Positions 29,339-39,112 of a stretch of DNA of 64,000 nt are shown here, in pieces. Origin of the DNA: Gemmatimonadaceae bacterium (lineage in GTDB: Bacteria > Gemmatimonadota > Gemmatimonadetes > Gemmatimonadales > Gemmatimonadaceae). The notes beneath the pieces were generated by a model. The model was not told the origin of the DNA. It saw only the letters and a program-made list of their open reading frames with translations, and ran no database searches. Made by a program: the position numbers and the translations under genes. Location: positions 544,001 through 608,000 of the forward strand of contig JBHYGA010000004.1 in assembly GCA_051859245.1 (NCBI GenBank), in the 5' to 3' direction. The stretch's first letter is position 1. Every line of letters starts with the position of its first letter.

Positions 29339-29419
29339 ATGCGCCACAACGCCAGCTTTTATGCCTATTGGTTTACGCCGACCCCCACGGGCCACGGCGT
29401 CGGGCATTGCTGCGCGTAA
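29339..29419 (+). CDS. Aromatic amino acid attenuator leader peptide, 26 aa
   Basis: MRHNASFYAYWFTPTPTGHGVGHCCA*; five of six consecutive codons are Phe/Tyr/Trp; upstream of DAHP synthase. Confidence 0.85.
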   Translation: MRHNASFYAYWFTPTPTGHGVGHCCA

Positions 29420-29442
29420 CGCGCTCCACCTGACGATCTGCG

Positions 29443-29476
29443 AGGCCCGTGCTCAATGCGCGGGCCTTTTTTGTTT
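29443..29476 (+). terminator. Attenuator terminator
   Basis: AGGCCCGTGC-tcaat-GCGCGGGCCT followed by TTTTTGTTT; the 5' arm can alternatively pair with CACGGGCC (29386-29393). Confidence 0.88.
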
Positions 29477-29536
29477 GGCCAACGCAGATCGCACACGCCG
29501 AGTGGATCCCAACACTCTCTCTGGAACGGGACCCGT

Positions 29537-30577
29537 ATGATCATCGTGACTGCAGTTGGAACACCGGCCGACGCTGTAGAAAACATTGTGGCGCATGTGG
29601 AGCGTGCAGGACTGCGCGCGCACATCAGTCGCGGCGAAGAACGCACCATCATTGGCTGCATTGGTGATCATGACAAACTGATCGCGGCCAATCTCACACG
29701 TCTGCCCGGTGTGGAACAGGTGCTCAAGATCGGCAAGCCGTACAAGATTGCGTCGCGTGCGTTTGCGGGGTCTGATACGATTGTGTCGCTGGGGGACGCG
29801 GCGGGCACGCGCGTCGGTGGTGCAGAACTGGTTGTGATTGCAGGTCCGTGTTCGGTGGAGGGGCGCGATATGCTGTTTCAAACGGCGAACGCCGTGCAGG
29901 CGTCTGGCGCGCGCGCGTTGCGTGGTGGTGCGTTCAAGCCACGTTCGTCGCCGTACGCGTTTCAGGGTATGGGACGCGAAGCTCTGGAGCTGCTCGCCGA
30001 GGTGCGTGCGGAAACGGGATTGCCGGTGGTGACCGAAGTGCTGGATCCACGACAGGTGGAGTTGGTCTCGGAGTTCGCCGATGTGCTGCAAGTCGGCGCG
30101 CGTAACATGCAGAACTTCGCGCTGCTCACCGAGATTGGGAAATCGCATCGCCCGGTGCTACTCAAGCGCGGTTTGTCGGCCACGATCACCGAACTGCTCA
30201 TGGCCGCGGAGTACGTGCTGGCGCAGGGCAATACGCAGGTGATGTTGTGCGAGCGTGGCATTCGCACGTACGAAACGTCCACGCGCAATACGCTCGATAT
30301 TGCGGCGATTCCCGTGCTCAAGCGCGAGACGCATTTGCCGGTCATTGTGGACCCGAGTCACGCGGCGGGGCAGGCCGCTTTAGTTGCGCCACTCGCGATG
30401 GCGGCGATTGCCGCCGGCGCTGATGGATTGATTGTGGAAGTCCATCCCGACCCGACGTGCGCGCAGTCGGACGGTGAACAGTCGCTCACTTTTGCCGCAT
30501 TCGACGCGATGATGCGTCAGGCCCGCGTGGTGGCGCAGGCCGTGGGCCGCGAGTTGACCGTGCCGCTACTGGTGTAA
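29537..30577 (+). CDS. aroF: 3-deoxy-7-phosphoheptulonate (DAHP) synthase, type I-beta with N-terminal regulatory domain
   Basis: [53 protein letters not shown]...SDG.QS. Confidence 0.95.
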   Translation: MIIVTAVGTPADAVENIVAHVERAGLRAHISRGEERTIIGCIGDHDKLIAANLTRLPGVEQVLKIGKPYKIASRAFAGSDTIVSLGDAAGTRVGGAELVVIAGPCSVEGRDMLFQTANAVQASGARALRGGAFKPRSSPYAFQGMGREALELLAEVRAETGLPVVTEVLDPRQVELVSEFADVLQVGARNMQNFALLTEIGKSHRPVLLKRGLSATITELLMAAEYVLAQGNTQVMLCERGIRTYETSTRNTLDIAAIPVLKRETHLPVIVDPSHAAGQAALVAPLAMAAIAAGADGLIVEVHPDPTCAQSDGEQSLTFAAFDAMMRQARVVAQAVGRELTVPLLV

Positions 30578-31144
30578 CGAAACGCGATCGGCGGCGCGTG
30601 CGAGTACGATGAATCGTGTCCAGTTGTGCGGCACATCCTGTACTCCACGCGCCAGCACTTCGAGTCCGTAACGCTGCGCTGCCAATGCACTCGCGATGGC
30701 GGCCACCGTGCGATCGCCGCGTTCACTGACTTCACGCGCGGCGCCGGCAGTATCGGCGTGTGGTTTGACTTCCAGCCACGGGTGTCGCGCGGAGAAGATG
30801 CGACACTGCGCCAGCGCCACCGGATGACTCCAGACCTGTTGTACAGTCGCGAGCATCGCACCGGGAACACCGAGTACGCACAACTCAATGACCAGCCGGT
30901 GTTCGTCGATCGGCACGAGTGCGTCGCCCACGCTGTGCATCGCGTCGAGCGCTACGGTCACCTTTCCGGCGATCGCATTCTCAACCGGAATCATGGCGCG
31001 GTCGCAGTTACCGCTGAGCACGGCCTGCAACGCCGCGGGGAATGACGTGTGTGGTACACCAACTGCCGTGTCACCGAAGTGCTGAAGCACTGCAGTATCG
31101 GAGTAGGCGCCGGGTTCTCCCTGATACGCGACGCGTTTGATCAC
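30566..31144 (-). CDS. pheA: Prephenate dehydratase, catalytic domain only
   Basis: AYQGEPGAYS, PVEN..AG.V, SHP.ALAQC, DTAGAA, N.TRF; stops before any ACT domain. Confidence 0.88.
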   Translation of the reverse strand: MIKRVAYQGEPGAYSDTAVLQHFGDTAVGVPHTSFPAALQAVLSGNCDRAMIPVENAIAGKVTVALDAMHSVGDALVPIDEHRLVIELCVLGVPGAMLATVQQVWSHPVALAQCRIFSARHPWLEVKPHADTAGAAREVSERGDRTVAAIASALAAQRYGLEVLARGVQDVPHNWTRFIVLARAADRVSLHQ

Positions 31145-31189
31145 GAGCGCGTCGCGGCTGCTTGGATATCTCGTGTATTCATGAACGCG

Positions 31190-32242
31190 TTAATCCTGAA
31201 TCACTGGTAGCGTGCGCGGTACAACAGCGCGGCCAAGCTGCCCAAGATCGCTGCCGTACCAGATGCTGCGCGTTTTAGGATCGTACACCATGTGCCGGAC
31301 CGCGTTGACTTTGTTTTCGCCAATGTCGGTGTGTCCAAAGAAGCGCTGTGTTTTTGGATCGAATCCCACGAGCCGATTCGGGCGCACACCCGTCTCCACT
31401 ACCCAGAGACGATCCTGTTCGTCGACGGTCATGGCGTACGGCAATGACGCCGCCTTGCCAGGCAGCTCGTACTCCTTCACGGCCCCGGTTGCTGGATCAA
31501 GGCGACCGAGAAATCCACGCGTGTAGTCGGTGTACCAGATGCCGCCGTCGGTGGTCCGTGCAATACGACGCGGACGCGTGCGCTCGTTGGGCAGCACATA
31601 TTCCTTGACCGCTCTAGTAGTCGGATCAATGCGTCCGATCTTGTTCGTGCCAAAGAGATCAAACCACACCATACCGTCCGGAGCGACTACCACACCGTAC
31701 GGTCGTGAACGCGGCGTGGGCATGGTGATCAGTTCTACCTTGCCGGTATTCGGATCGAGCTGCCCCATCATGTTCGAGTTCTGCAGCGAGAACCACAGAT
31801 TGCCGCGTGCATCAAAGTCGATGGTGTGCGGATCTCGCGCGGCCGCTTCCGGCATGGGATACCGACGAATGGCGAGCGAACGTCCATCAATGCGTCCGAT
31901 CATGCCGTTCATGTTGCCGGCGTACCACGCATTGCCCTGTTTGTCGACCACCACCGTGTGCGGATGCGTGCCGCTATCAATGGCGATCTGTTTGAACTGG
32001 CCGTTGGCGGGCGTGAAGTACGCGACGTAGTTGCCCGCCTGACCCACAAACCAGATGCGATCTCCGGCGGGCGCGACGTACGGATCGCGCGGGCGACCTT
32101 GCCAGGGCACATCCCAGGCGCTGTGCTGTACGGTGTCTGCGGCTGTGGCGCGGGCTTGAGAACGCGCCTCAGCGCTCAGCAGAAGCGACACTGTAAAAAG
32201 CGACAGAGACGCGACAGTAATACGCAGTGGTCGTGTGGGCAT
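31190..32242 (-). CDS. Secreted virginiamycin B lyase (Vgb)-like beta-propeller
   Basis: Repeated PH/PY....D..G.xWF...N.IG.xDP.TG blades; signal peptide. Confidence 0.8.
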   Translation of the reverse strand: MPTRPLRITVASLSLFTVSLLLSAEARSQARATAADTVQHSAWDVPWQGRPRDPYVAPAGDRIWFVGQAGNYVAYFTPANGQFKQIAIDSGTHPHTVVVDKQGNAWYAGNMNGMIGRIDGRSLAIRRYPMPEAAARDPHTIDFDARGNLWFSLQNSNMMGQLDPNTGKVELITMPTPRSRPYGVVVAPDGMVWFDLFGTNKIGRIDPTTRAVKEYVLPNERTRPRRIARTTDGGIWYTDYTRGFLGRLDPATGAVKEYELPGKAASLPYAMTVDEQDRLWVVETGVRPNRLVGFDPKTQRFFGHTDIGENKVNAVRHMVYDPKTRSIWYGSDLGQLGRAVVPRTLPVIQD

Positions 32243-32558
32243 GTGCGCTCCTGACGTCGAGAGTTCCAAAGGACGGTGACAAGGGTGTCATCCAAACCTG
32301 CAGTCGACAGTACAAAGACACCAGACGTTTCGAAGAACATGTGACGTAGCTGTGGTGCCGCATCAATGATTCTATACTGTAACGACCCATGCACGCCTGC
32401 CTAATGATACGAGTGGCGACTGCAGGATGCTGAGGCGCAGGGGCCTGCGGCGAAACATTTGCCGACGCGCGAAACGCAGCCTAGTTTGCCGGATCATCAC
32501 GTGTCACGATGCTGTTCAGCGAAACGCGTCCCGTCATCGTAGATCAGCGTCGTAACGC

Positions 32559-33071
32559 GTGACCCCACCTGCGGCTGTCGACCGTGCAGTTCCGATCCCC
32601 CGACGGCGTGCTGTGTTGTGTAGCGCCGCTGTCGCAACCCGACTTACCGTGCGTCCTCTGCTTACCGCTGATTTCTCCGACATTCACAATGCGCTCGGCC
32701 CGGATGAGCGATTGCTTGCGGTGCTGCATGGCAATGATGAACGTGGGCCCGCCAACTGGGTGATCACGTCGCGCCGATTGCTCATTCTTGCGCAGACGCA
32801 TCCTGATCACGATGTCGCACATGTGATGCACGCGGCGATCACCTGTGTTGAACTGCGCGCCGATCCGCTTGGTACTTCATTGCGTGTTCGCGCAACAGGA
32901 CGACAGCTCACGCTGCAAACGATCGATGCGGCGCAGGCGACGCAGTTCTGTTCGTTGTTGCGTGAGCGTGCGGGGCTGGGTACGCCGGCGTTTGGTACAC
33001 CGGCGATTACACCATCGCAGACGCGGCGCTCAACAGACCGTATGCCGGCGGTGCAGCTGGCGGCGCGTTAA
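32559..33071 (+). CDS. Hypothetical protein, possible bacterial PH domain
   Basis: L.PDE.LL, WVITSRRLLIL, I.CVE pattern. Confidence 0.5.
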   Translation: MTPPAAVDRAVPIPRRRAVLCSAAVATRLTVRPLLTADFSDIHNALGPDERLLAVLHGNDERGPANWVITSRRLLILAQTHPDHDVAHVMHAAITCVELRADPLGTSLRVRATGRQLTLQTIDAAQATQFCSLLRERAGLGTPAFGTPAITPSQTRRSTDRMPAVQLAAR

Positions 33072-33078
33072 CACCCGC

Positions 33079-34305
33079 TCAGTCGCCGGGATACACGACC
33101 CACAGTTCGGGTCGGCCGATGTTGCAGTGCACAACGCGACCGAGCAATCCGAATGCGGTCAGTGACGTGAACAACGTGAGGCGTGTTTGCTGATGTCCGC
33201 CGCCCAATGTTTTGCGGTGCGCGCGTGACAGGGCGCGCTCACGATTGCCGCGCGACGGCACTGGGTGGAAAATGAACTCTACGCCGGGTGACCGCTCTGG
33301 TTCGTCGTCCTGCCAGGCGTCGAGCTGACGGATCGCGGCCACCACCTTTGACGTGCCAACACGTTGGGCCGCGACCGCGTCGGCGTTGTAGACCACGGGT
33401 CGAGAGAGCGACGGCAAGAGCAACACGGCCACAAACGTCCAGAGCGTACTAAGTGCCGGCAACGCAAGCCAGAATGCCGCGTCGCCAGGCGACCAGGGCA
33501 GCAACGGCGCGAACAACGCAATGCCGGTCACCGGCCACAGCGCGGCGCGCAACAGGCCGCGCCGTCTGGCACCCGTGGTGAACTGCGTGTGTCGACGAGC
33601 GAACTGCACGGCCAGCAGATCGCGGTACCCCGGTGCCGTCCATCGGGCCGGAATCCACAAGGTGGGTGCCTGAACACCGACCCAGCCGCCAACAAAGGCT
33701 TCGTCATTCGCGTGCACCACACGCACGGCGCTATCACGCACGCCATGTTCGAGTGCCAGTGCACCAACCGCTTCGTCTGCCGGTTCGGTGCGCAGCGAAG
33801 CCACGAGTTTCGCAATCACTCCCTGTGCAGCCAGCAGCGCGACTGACGCGCCAAACACCACGCCGATGACTCCGAACATTCCGAGTTGCGACGCAGTCAA
33901 TGCCGCACCGAATGCAATGCTCGAAATCAGCACCGCTTGTATGATCACACCACGTAACCAGGTCGTAACCCATCGGAATACGGACGGACGCGCTCGCACC
34001 GCTCTCGCGCCGCCAATGAACTCAACGATGGCGAGCAACATCGTGTGTGAGAGAAACACACCGAGCACCATCAAGGCAGCATTTACGGGCGCGGAGAGCG
34101 GCATGCCACTCACGGGCCATTCGCTTGGCACGCGCACCACACCGGTGAGCAGCGCGACCAGCCAAATCAGCGAGAGCAGCACCGACCCACCAACGCCGGT
34201 GATACCGAGCAGCAGCCGCCGTCGTGCAAACGAGAGCGTGTGGCGCTCGTTTTCGCGTGCGGTGTCAGCGATGACGGCGTTGTGTGGAGCGATGGGTAGC
34301 GACAT
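33079..34305 (-). CDS. Multi-pass membrane protein, M48 peptidase-like without HEXXH
   Basis: TM helices; SR...Y.AD..A and FHPVPS...R.RAL resemble the M48 C-terminus. Confidence 0.55.
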   Translation of the reverse strand: MSLPIAPHNAVIADTARENERHTLSFARRRLLLGITGVGGSVLLSLIWLVALLTGVVRVPSEWPVSGMPLSAPVNAALMVLGVFLSHTMLLAIVEFIGGARAVRARPSVFRWVTTWLRGVIIQAVLISSIAFGAALTASQLGMFGVIGVVFGASVALLAAQGVIAKLVASLRTEPADEAVGALALEHGVRDSAVRVVHANDEAFVGGWVGVQAPTLWIPARWTAPGYRDLLAVQFARRHTQFTTGARRRGLLRAALWPVTGIALFAPLLPWSPGDAAFWLALPALSTLWTFVAVLLLPSLSRPVVYNADAVAAQRVGTSKVVAAIRQLDAWQDDEPERSPGVEFIFHPVPSRGNRERALSRAHRKTLGGGHQQTRLTLFTSLTAFGLLGRVVHCNIGRPELWVVYPGD

Positions 34306-34431
34306 AAACCGAACGAAACGAAGGACACGCGAGACCACAGTGTCTCAGCGAAGCTGTTCGTTCAGTGTGTGACGCGTGCGTTTCGTTCCCTGAGCGCTAC
34401 GGCCACCGTTCAGTTAGCAGACAGTGACCGA

Positions 34432-35790
34432 TCACGGCGCGCCGGTTGGCTGCTGCAAACGCCAGCGCACGAGGTACGGCACATCGAGTGAGTCGATAAC
34501 CGTGCCCCACGCGTCGTCACCTCGAAGCGCATGAATGCGTGCACCGAGTGGAAGCGTAAAGCGTCCGCGCAGCGTGCCGTCGGGCGCGAAGAGCTCGAAC
34601 GCGTTCCGCGAACGAAACGAGACCACCGGTGGTGGCACTTCGCCTTCCACCTGCCGCGGCGGATCCGGTTCGAACGCTTCGGAGGGCGTGCTCACACCAA
34701 CGAGCAGTTGTCCGTCGAGTGTTGCCGTGATGTTAATAATCGGCGGCTTCTGCGTTGGAATTTCAGGGCCGTTCCATGTCCACTCCGGATCGTTGCGTCG
34801 CATGTTGTACAGCACCATCTCGCGTCGCTGCGTGCGCTCCGCGTCGGGTACGGGAATGCTCGGTGCTGAACGCTCGATACGATGCAGTCTGTCGTTGTGC
34901 GAGGTATGCACCACGAACTCCGCGCCCGACGAACCGGCAACGTGACTGCTCGGAAGCATCGCGGACATGGGCCGCGGCAAGAACGGAACGCCCATGGAGT
35001 TGACGTTGCCATCCCGACGAGAGATCAGGTTCAGCGGCGGATCGCCGAAGAACGGTTCAAGAATGGTGTCGGTGGCAATGCCAGCCGTGTCGTAGACAAA
35101 CCACGCGTTCCGCCCGAGGGCCTCACGAGTGAGTGCGGTGTCGCGCACATACGCGCGCACTGACAATCGTCCGTCACTCAGCGCCAGCAACGACTGCGCG
35201 CTCGTGTTGTAACTCATCACTGGTGGACGCCACAGCGTGAGATACGTGCCGTCGGCGGCGTACAGATTGATGCGTGAGCTGCCCGCATCCCACAACGCCA
35301 CGCGACCATCGGCGAGCACGGCCACACCGTTGCTGCGTTGATATTCACCGGGCCCGCTGCCTTTGCCGCTGATGACACGAATGAGCGTGCCGTCACTGGC
35401 ATAGTGTCTGAACTGCGGCGACGTGCTCTCAAATACGTATAGTTCGTTCTGCGCATTCACCGCGATGCTGTGCACGGACCCAAAACTGGTGGTTTCGTCG
35501 CCATCGGGGTCGCCGATGCGCCACGCTTCAACCAACTGCAGTTCCTGCGCAGTGTTGATATCGCCGGTGGTGCGAACGACGACCGTGTCGCCGACGGTAT
35601 CAACCACCGCCGTGAACGTCGTCGCGTTTTTCGGTGTCTGATCTGTTGCGCCGCACGCAGTCGTAGCGAGCGCAGCGGCGGCGAACGCCATGATCGCACG
35701 CACGGTGCGCGGCCAATGGCGGGTAGCGGAAGCGAGCATCTTGGAGGGGAGGCGGGGAGCGGCGGGGCGACGACCACCACTGTTGGACAC
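34432..35790 (-). CDS. 6-bladed (NHL-like) beta-propeller lipoprotein
   Basis: Lipobox TTAC; GKGSGPGEY; C-terminal WGTVIDSLDVPYLVRWRL; start uncertain. Confidence 0.8.
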   Translation of the reverse strand: MSNSGGRRPAAPRLPSKMLASATRHWPRTVRAIMAFAAAALATTACGATDQTPKNATTFTAVVDTVGDTVVVRTTGDINTAQELQLVEAWRIGDPDGDETTSFGSVHSIAVNAQNELYVFESTSPQFRHYASDGTLIRVISGKGSGPGEYQRSNGVAVLADGRVALWDAGSSRINLYAADGTYLTLWRPPVMSYNTSAQSLLALSDGRLSVRAYVRDTALTREALGRNAWFVYDTAGIATDTILEPFFGDPPLNLISRRDGNVNSMGVPFLPRPMSAMLPSSHVAGSSGAEFVVHTSHNDRLHRIERSAPSIPVPDAERTQRREMVLYNMRRNDPEWTWNGPEIPTQKPPIINITATLDGQLLVGVSTPSEAFEPDPPRQVEGEVPPPVVSFRSRNAFELFAPDGTLRGRFTLPLGARIHALRGDDAWGTVIDSLDVPYLVRWRLQQPTGAP

Positions 35791-35795
35791 TCGTG

Positions 35796-36914
35796 TTACG
35801 CCGAGGGTTGTGTCGTGCGCAAGAGCTCGTCAGGGCGGCGTCGAAACCAGCTGGCCACGAGGTAAAACTCGTCGAGATCATGCATGGGCACGTCGCTTCC
35901 CCGCGGATCCGCTTCGTGAAAAATGCGCCGCGATAGCTCCTGTAGCGCGGCCTCCTGTTCGGCAGTAGCTGGAAGCGGAAGTTCAGCACGCACCGTGCCG
36001 CGACGGATCACATACGCGCGACCATTGTCGCCCGCGTCACCTGTGCGGTACACAAACGACAGCCGATCCATGCTGGCATGAAAACGCGTGACCCGTGTCC
36101 ATAACCACTCAAGCAGCTCCGCACGATCACGCCAAACGGCCGCGCGCTCGAACTCAAGTGCGTTGGAAGCCGCCTGCATGCGTTCGCGCGCGCGTACGAG
36201 TGGTTCATCTGTGCGTGCATTCAGAAAATCGCGCACCTCGTTCACACTCTGCGCGTACTGCGCGGCGTTTCCCGTCCCAATACAGGGCCCGGGACAGCTG
36301 CCGATTTCTGCGCGCAAGCAGCCGGGCGTGCGCTGCCGTCGCAGCCCACGTGGTGGCACCGTGTCGGCAAACCACAGCGGACGCGCAGCGCTGGTTCCGT
36401 TGGGTTCTTCGAGCGTGCAGTCGCGTATCGCCGCGATTTCTGCCAGTGCATGGACGGCATCGGACAAGTGCGACACACGTCGGAACGGCCCCCACAAACC
36501 AGATGCGCGTGCATCGTCTGTTCGGCGTACCACGCGCAGTCCGGGCACGGCGCCGGCCGTTAACGCCACATAGGCGCGCGGCCATTCGTCGGACACCATC
36601 GTCGAGTTGAAGTGAGGTCGATGCTGCTTGATGAGGCGCAGTTCGTCGAGCAACGCCGCAAACTCATTGGGCGCGTAATGCCATTCAATGGTGAACGTGT
36701 GTCGGAGAATTTTGGCTGACTTGTTGCGTCGTCCCTTGGCGCGAAAGTACGACAGCAATCGCGTACGCAGTGCGCGCGACTTGCCCACGTACAACACGCG
36801 CCCTGCTTCCGCGAGCATGCGGTAGGTACCCGGCCGGTTCTCACAGCTGCTGCGCACCTGTTCCAGCAGTGCGCCGCGATGTGCTGGCGTATGTCGACCA
36901 ACGCGCGTTGCCAT
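35796..36914 (-). CDS. GIY-YIG nuclease with UVR domain (UvrC N-terminal half / Cho-like)
   Basis: PGTYRM....RVLYVGKS..LR.RL.SYF, LIKQHRPHFN, C.GPC, M..AS..LEFERAA..RD. Confidence 0.85.
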   Translation of the reverse strand: MATRVGRHTPAHRGALLEQVRSSCENRPGTYRMLAEAGRVLYVGKSRALRTRLLSYFRAKGRRNKSAKILRHTFTIEWHYAPNEFAALLDELRLIKQHRPHFNSTMVSDEWPRAYVALTAGAVPGLRVVRRTDDARASGLWGPFRRVSHLSDAVHALAEIAAIRDCTLEEPNGTSAARPLWFADTVPPRGLRRQRTPGCLRAEIGSCPGPCIGTGNAAQYAQSVNEVRDFLNARTDEPLVRARERMQAASNALEFERAAVWRDRAELLEWLWTRVTRFHASMDRLSFVYRTGDAGDNGRAYVIRRGTVRAELPLPATAEQEAALQELSRRIFHEADPRGSDVPMHDLDEFYLVASWFRRRPDELLRTTQPSA

Positions 36915-36918
36915 GGGA

Positions 36919-37305
36919 TCAGCCGGGTTCGTTCAACGCGTCTGCAGACGCAACGTCATGCGGTGTGGTGTCCGCGACGGCGCGACGATAATTCGACCCC
37001 CACGTGCGTAACAGTTCAATGCACGGAATGGCGGTCTCGCCGAGCGACGTGAGCGTGTATTCCACGTGCGGTGGCACCACGGGGTACACCGTGCGCGTGA
37101 TCAGTCCCGCACGCTCGAGTTCACGCAGCTGTTGGGTGAGCATTTTGTGGTTCACGGTCGACAAGTCGCGGCGTAGCTCATTGTAGCGCCAAGCGCGCTC
37201 TCGCAGTCGCCACAAAATCGGCATTTTCCATTTGCCACCGATCACGTGCAGCGACAGCTCCACCGGATTGTTGAAGCGCTGTCCATCGAACTCGAACACA
37301 GGCAT
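36919..37305 (-). CDS. HxlR family transcriptional regulator
   Basis: IGGKWK..ILW.L, RYNEL, KMLTQQLRELE..GLI.R.VYPVVPP.VEY.LT. Confidence 0.93.
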   Translation of the reverse strand: MPVFEFDGQRFNNPVELSLHVIGGKWKMPILWRLRERAWRYNELRRDLSTVNHKMLTQQLRELERAGLITRTVYPVVPPHVEYTLTSLGETAIPCIELLRTWGSNYRRAVADTTPHDVASADALNEPG

Positions 37306-37415
37306 GGCACACTTTCCAAATGGGAAGTATCACCCGAAAAAGTGCATACTACCCGCGATCACGGGCGTCCGATAGCGTGGGTGGAGAAACGACCCTGATT
37401 CACGCTGGAGGAAAT

Positions 37416-38162
37416 ATGAGTGCCAATATCAATCGCGCGTCCACGGGCCGACCGAAGCGCATTCTGATGATCGCCGCCAACGCGTCCACGTCCACCGTGA
37501 CCGGATGGCCCGTGGGCTTCTGCTGGTCCGAACTCACGCACCCCTACTGGGTGTTCAATGAGGCGGGGTACGAGGTAGAGATTCGCAGTCCGAATGGCGG
37601 TGCCCTGGTGGCCGACAGCTATTCCAATCCCGCAGATCCAAGTGGCTACTCGGCGCATGATCTGCTGTCGCTCGGCTTCAAGACATCCGCCACGCACGCC
37701 GCTCTGCTCGCGGAAACGGCGTCCATCGCCAGTGTTTCGGTCGCGAACTATGACGCGGTGTTTGTGGCTGGCGGACAATCGCCCATGTTCACGTTTGCAA
37801 ATAATGACGCGCTGCATCAACTGGTGGCCGACTTTCACGCGCAAGGGAAAGTGACGGCGCTCGTGTGTCACGCCACGTGCGTGCTGCTCAAGGCGCGCGA
37901 CACGAATGGTGATTTGCTGGTGAACGGAAAAACATGGACCGGGTTTGCCGATAGTGAAGAGCGTTTTGCCGATGAGATCGTGGGACAGCGTTTACAACCG
38001 TTCTGGATTGAGTCGGAAGCGCGTGCACTACCCAACACCAACTTTGTGGTGGATCAGCGATTTCGTGAGTTCGCAGTGCGCGACGGCCTGCTGGTGACCG
38101 GACAACAACAATACAGCGGTGCGGCAGCCGCACGTCTTGTGGTGGAGGCGCTTGGTCGATGA
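37416..38162 (+). CDS. DJ-1/PfpI (type 1 glutamine amidotransferase-like) protein
   Basis: GF..SELTHPY, YDAVFVAGG, VCH nucleophile, DGLLVTGQ. Confidence 0.9.
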   Translation: MSANINRASTGRPKRILMIAANASTSTVTGWPVGFCWSELTHPYWVFNEAGYEVEIRSPNGGALVADSYSNPADPSGYSAHDLLSLGFKTSATHAALLAETASIASVSVANYDAVFVAGGQSPMFTFANNDALHQLVADFHAQGKVTALVCHATCVLLKARDTNGDLLVNGKTWTGFADSEERFADEIVGQRLQPFWIESEARALPNTNFVVDQRFREFAVRDGLLVTGQQQYSGAAAARLVVEALGR

Positions 38163-38791
38163 ATACCCAGGAAATGGCGATCGCTGTCATTGGCGACGGC
38201 AATGTAGGACAGGCGTTGGCCGTGCGACTGCACGCGAGTGGACACCACGTGCGATTTGGTGTGCGCAGCGAATCGCCCAATGCAGGCACGGACGACGGCA
38301 TCCCACGTCAGACCATTCGTGACGCGTTGCGCGATGCGGATGTGGTATTTCTTGCTGTTCCAGCGATGGCGGCGCAGGAGGTGCTCGCCACCGCAGAATC
38401 GCTGCGCGGAAAAATCATTGTGGACTGCACCAATCCAGTGCGCTGGGATGCGGGGCCTGTGATCGCATCGCCGGAGGCGGGTTCAGTCGCGGCACAACTT
38501 GCGGTCACATTTCCGGACGCGCGCGTGTGCAAAGCGTTCAACCACTTTGGCGCCGAGATCCATGCGCAACCGCAGATGGCGCACGGTCCGGCAGATGCAT
38601 ACATCGCGGGAGATGATGCCGATGCCAAAGCGGTTGTGATCGCGCTCGCCGACGCGATTGGATTCCGCGGTCGCGATGCCGGTCCGCTACGCAACGCGCG
38701 ATTGCTTGAACATCTGGCGGTACTTTGGATACACCTGGCAACGGTTGGTGGAAACGGGCGCGAGTTTGCGTTTCGACAGGAAGGTCGCTGA
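38159..38791 (+). CDS. NADPH-dependent F420 reductase-family oxidoreductase
   Basis: VIGDGNVG, VFLAVP, VDCTNP, KAFN, AGDD.DAK, DAGPL..AR.LE. Confidence 0.9.
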   Translation: MNTQEMAIAVIGDGNVGQALAVRLHASGHHVRFGVRSESPNAGTDDGIPRQTIRDALRDADVVFLAVPAMAAQEVLATAESLRGKIIVDCTNPVRWDAGPVIASPEAGSVAAQLAVTFPDARVCKAFNHFGAEIHAQPQMAHGPADAYIAGDDADAKAVVIALADAIGFRGRDAGPLRNARLLEHLAVLWIHLATVGGNGREFAFRQEGR

Positions 38792-38797
38792 GGGGTA

Positions 38798-39112
38798 CTA
38801 CAGCGACGTAAAGGCAATGGTCACACGCACGGTATCGCCGCTACCTTTTCCTCGGCGCGCCTTCTTTGGCACGGCAAGCAACGTGCGACCGTCCTTTCCG
38901 CGCCACACGCTCGTCTGCCAGGTGAGCCCGTCAACCGTGGCGACGACTGGTGTGCGCCCCCACCCGTGCGTGACAGGCGGTGCGAACTCTTCAGGCACGG
39001 GTGCAAAAAACCAGCCGCCTGGACCTTCGTAGCGGAAGAGTGTCGCCGTAAACGCGCCGCCAAAGCGCGCGGTGCTATCGCTCGGGGTCGAAGTCTGTCG
39101 TGAGGATCCCAT
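38798..39112 (-). CDS. DUF1905-like protein
   Basis: GPGGWFF..VP, GR.PV.ATV.G..WQTSVW, GD.V.V. Confidence 0.75.
   Translation of the reverse strand: MGSSRQTSTPSDSTARFGGAFTATLFRYEGPGGWFFAPVPEEFAPPVTHGWGRTPVVATVDGLTWQTSVWRGKDGRTLLAVPKKARRGKGSGDTVRVTIAFTSL

Noticed and set aside
32270..32558. Riboswitch or ncRNA in a long intergenic region (c-di-GMP-like appearance; TGACA-N4-TGTCA at 32277)
   Set aside because: The conserved GCAAA and GNRA-receptor elements were not found; a covariance-model search would be needed
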